The position numbers and the translations under genes are program-made. From contig OY729416.1 of NCBI GenBank assembly GCA_963422265.1, positions 960,001 to 1,024,000 on the forward strand: 64,000 nucleotides of DNA. Reading direction: 5' to 3'. Shown here piece by piece: positions 62,685-64,000 of the stretch. The notes beneath the pieces were generated by a model. The model worked only from the letters and a program-made list of their open reading frames with translations. It had not been told where the DNA came from and made no database searches. This DNA is from Thermodesulfobacteriota bacterium. Its GTDB lineage: Bacteria > Desulfobacterota_D > UBA1144 > Nemesobacterales > UBA2774. Within the stretch, counting starts at the first letter, position 1. Each line of letters opens with the position of its first letter.

Positions 62685-64000
62685 ATGAGCAGAGGAATAA
62701 CGTTTATTGCGGTTGCGCTAGTATATCTTGCCGTGCTGATAACCCTTGCCGTCATAGGAAACAGGAAAAACAAGGGCGATGAGCATCAGTTTTTTCTCGC
62801 TGGCGGCAACCTTGGGACAATAATAGGCTTTCTAACCTTCTTCGCCACTTTATACAGCACTTTTATTTTAATAGGTATGCCTAACTTTTTCCGCGTTCAT
62901 GGGGTGGGAACGTGGATATTCCTCGGCGTAACGGACATGGTTCTAGCGGTCTTCACGCTTTGGCTCTCCCTTAAGCTACGAGAAAGGATCGCTTCTAGAG
63001 AGTTTCGCAGCATAACGGACCTGTTGAGGGAAACCTATGGCTCTTACGGGCTTTTAGTTTACGTTACGGGGTTGGTTATATTCCTTGTTCCTTACATTGC
63101 TATTCAGATCAAGGGAGCCTCCGGACTTCTAGCAAACGTGGTTCCATACGACGTTCCACAGTGGACGTGGGCAGTAATTATCCTTATGCTCATGTATGTC
63201 TATTCCTCAATAGGTGGACTCAGAGGTATTATGTATTGCGACGCTCTTCAGGGAATCATGCTGTTTACGGTTATTTGGATAATGGCAGCGATCATTCTGG
63301 TAAACTTTGGCGGCATTGGTAAGCTAATCCAATCCGTGCAGGCAACGGAACCCGCTCTGCTGTCCACCCCGGGACCCAAGGGATTATTGTCTGTTCAGTG
63401 GCTCCTTGTGGGATTTATATCCATCGTCTTGCTACCCGTGTCGCAACCTCAGCTAACCTCAAGGCTTAGCATACTTAAGGGCTTAAACGAGAGGCGCAAG
63501 GTGCCTGTGCTGCACGCTTCATTCACCTTTCTACTCCTGATAGCAGGGCTCATAATAGGTCTTTATGGTGCCGTCGCCATACCTGCCACAACGGCTCCAG
63601 AGTTCATCGGCAAGTTGATATTGGAACAGAACGCCGCCATTGGCGCCATTGCCCTTATAGGCATTCTAGCGGCAGCTATGTCAACGTCCGACTCCCAGTT
63701 TTTTGCGCTTGGATGCGAGATCAACAACGCTTTCGCAAAGTTCAGCAGTAAGCTAAAAGTGTCCCCTATAGTATTTGTGAAGATAATCATACTGGTATTC
63801 TGCGTCGCCTCTTTCATCGTCGCTATCAAAAGCTCTCAGGGACTTATATCGCTTGCCGTGTCAGGATTTATGGGAACCGCTCTTATGGCACCGATGGTCC
63901 TCGTTTCAATTTTGTTCAAGAGAAGAAGTTTCGGCGTCTTAATCCCGATTGTTACCGTATTCAGTCTAGTCATATTTCTGACGTCCCTTTTCGGTCTAGC
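62685..64000 (+). CDS. Sodium:solute symporter family protein (runs off window)
   Basis: Manual translation from ATG 62685: FFLAGGNLG, FATLYSTF, YSSIGGLRGIMYCDALQG, GILAAAMSTSDSQ. Confidence 0.9.
   Translation, partial: MSRGITFIAVALVYLAVLITLAVIGNRKNKGDEHQFFLAGGNLGTIIGFLTFFATLYSTFILIGMPNFFRVHGVGTWIFLGVTDMVLAVFTLWLSLKLRERIASREFRSITDLLRETYGSYGLLVYVTGLVIFLVPYIAIQIKGASGLLANVVPYDVPQWTWAVIILMLMYVYSSIGGLRGIMYCDALQGIMLFTVIWIMAAIILVNFGGIGKLIQSVQATEPALLSTPGPKGLLSVQWLLVGFISIVLLPVSQPQLTSRLSILKGLNERRKVPVLHASFTFLLLIAGLIIGLYGAVAIPATTAPEFIGKLILEQNAAIGAIALIGILAAAMSTSDSQFFALGCEINNAFAKFSSKLKVSPIVFVKIIILVFCVASFIVAIKSSQGLISLAVSGFMGTALMAPMVLVSILFKRRSFGVLIPIVTVFSLVIFLTSLFGL

Overview
Bacterial chromosome segment. 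Housekeeping genes (asd, dapA, rnhB, gatB, carA, gshB, gatC/gatA, tRNA-Ser, rpsB-tsf-pyrH-frr, surE, purM) flank two accessory zones. Zone 1 (1-3650) is the 5' part of a large secreted FN3/Ig-like repeat protein on the minus strand, out of frame at a C12 tract as assembled. Zone 2 (~20100-40800) is a mosaic defence and surface-modification island. It holds an MrfA/YprA-like helicase, a glycosyltransferase cassette with a C35 tract, and a type III restriction-modification operon with four cargo genes between mod and res. It also carries several duplicated gene fragments. The mod gene is the most unusual object. It is frameshifted at a G22 tract just before its DPPY motif (candidate phasevarion). 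It carries an in-frame REP-like palindrome. It also contains a complete four-helix-bundle (23S-rRNA-IVS/Avd-like) gene nested in the +1 frame, with its own RBS and complementary 7-nt periodic arms, while the mod frame stays open across the whole insert. Four long G/C homopolymers, all at 5' ends of surface or DNA-modification genes, suggest multi-locus phase variation of the kind seen in host-associated bacteria. A Dadabacteria/Desulfobacterota-like or symbiont origin is only my impression. No CRISPR array, reverse transcriptase, integrase or intact transposase was seen. All product calls come from motif recognition, not database searches.
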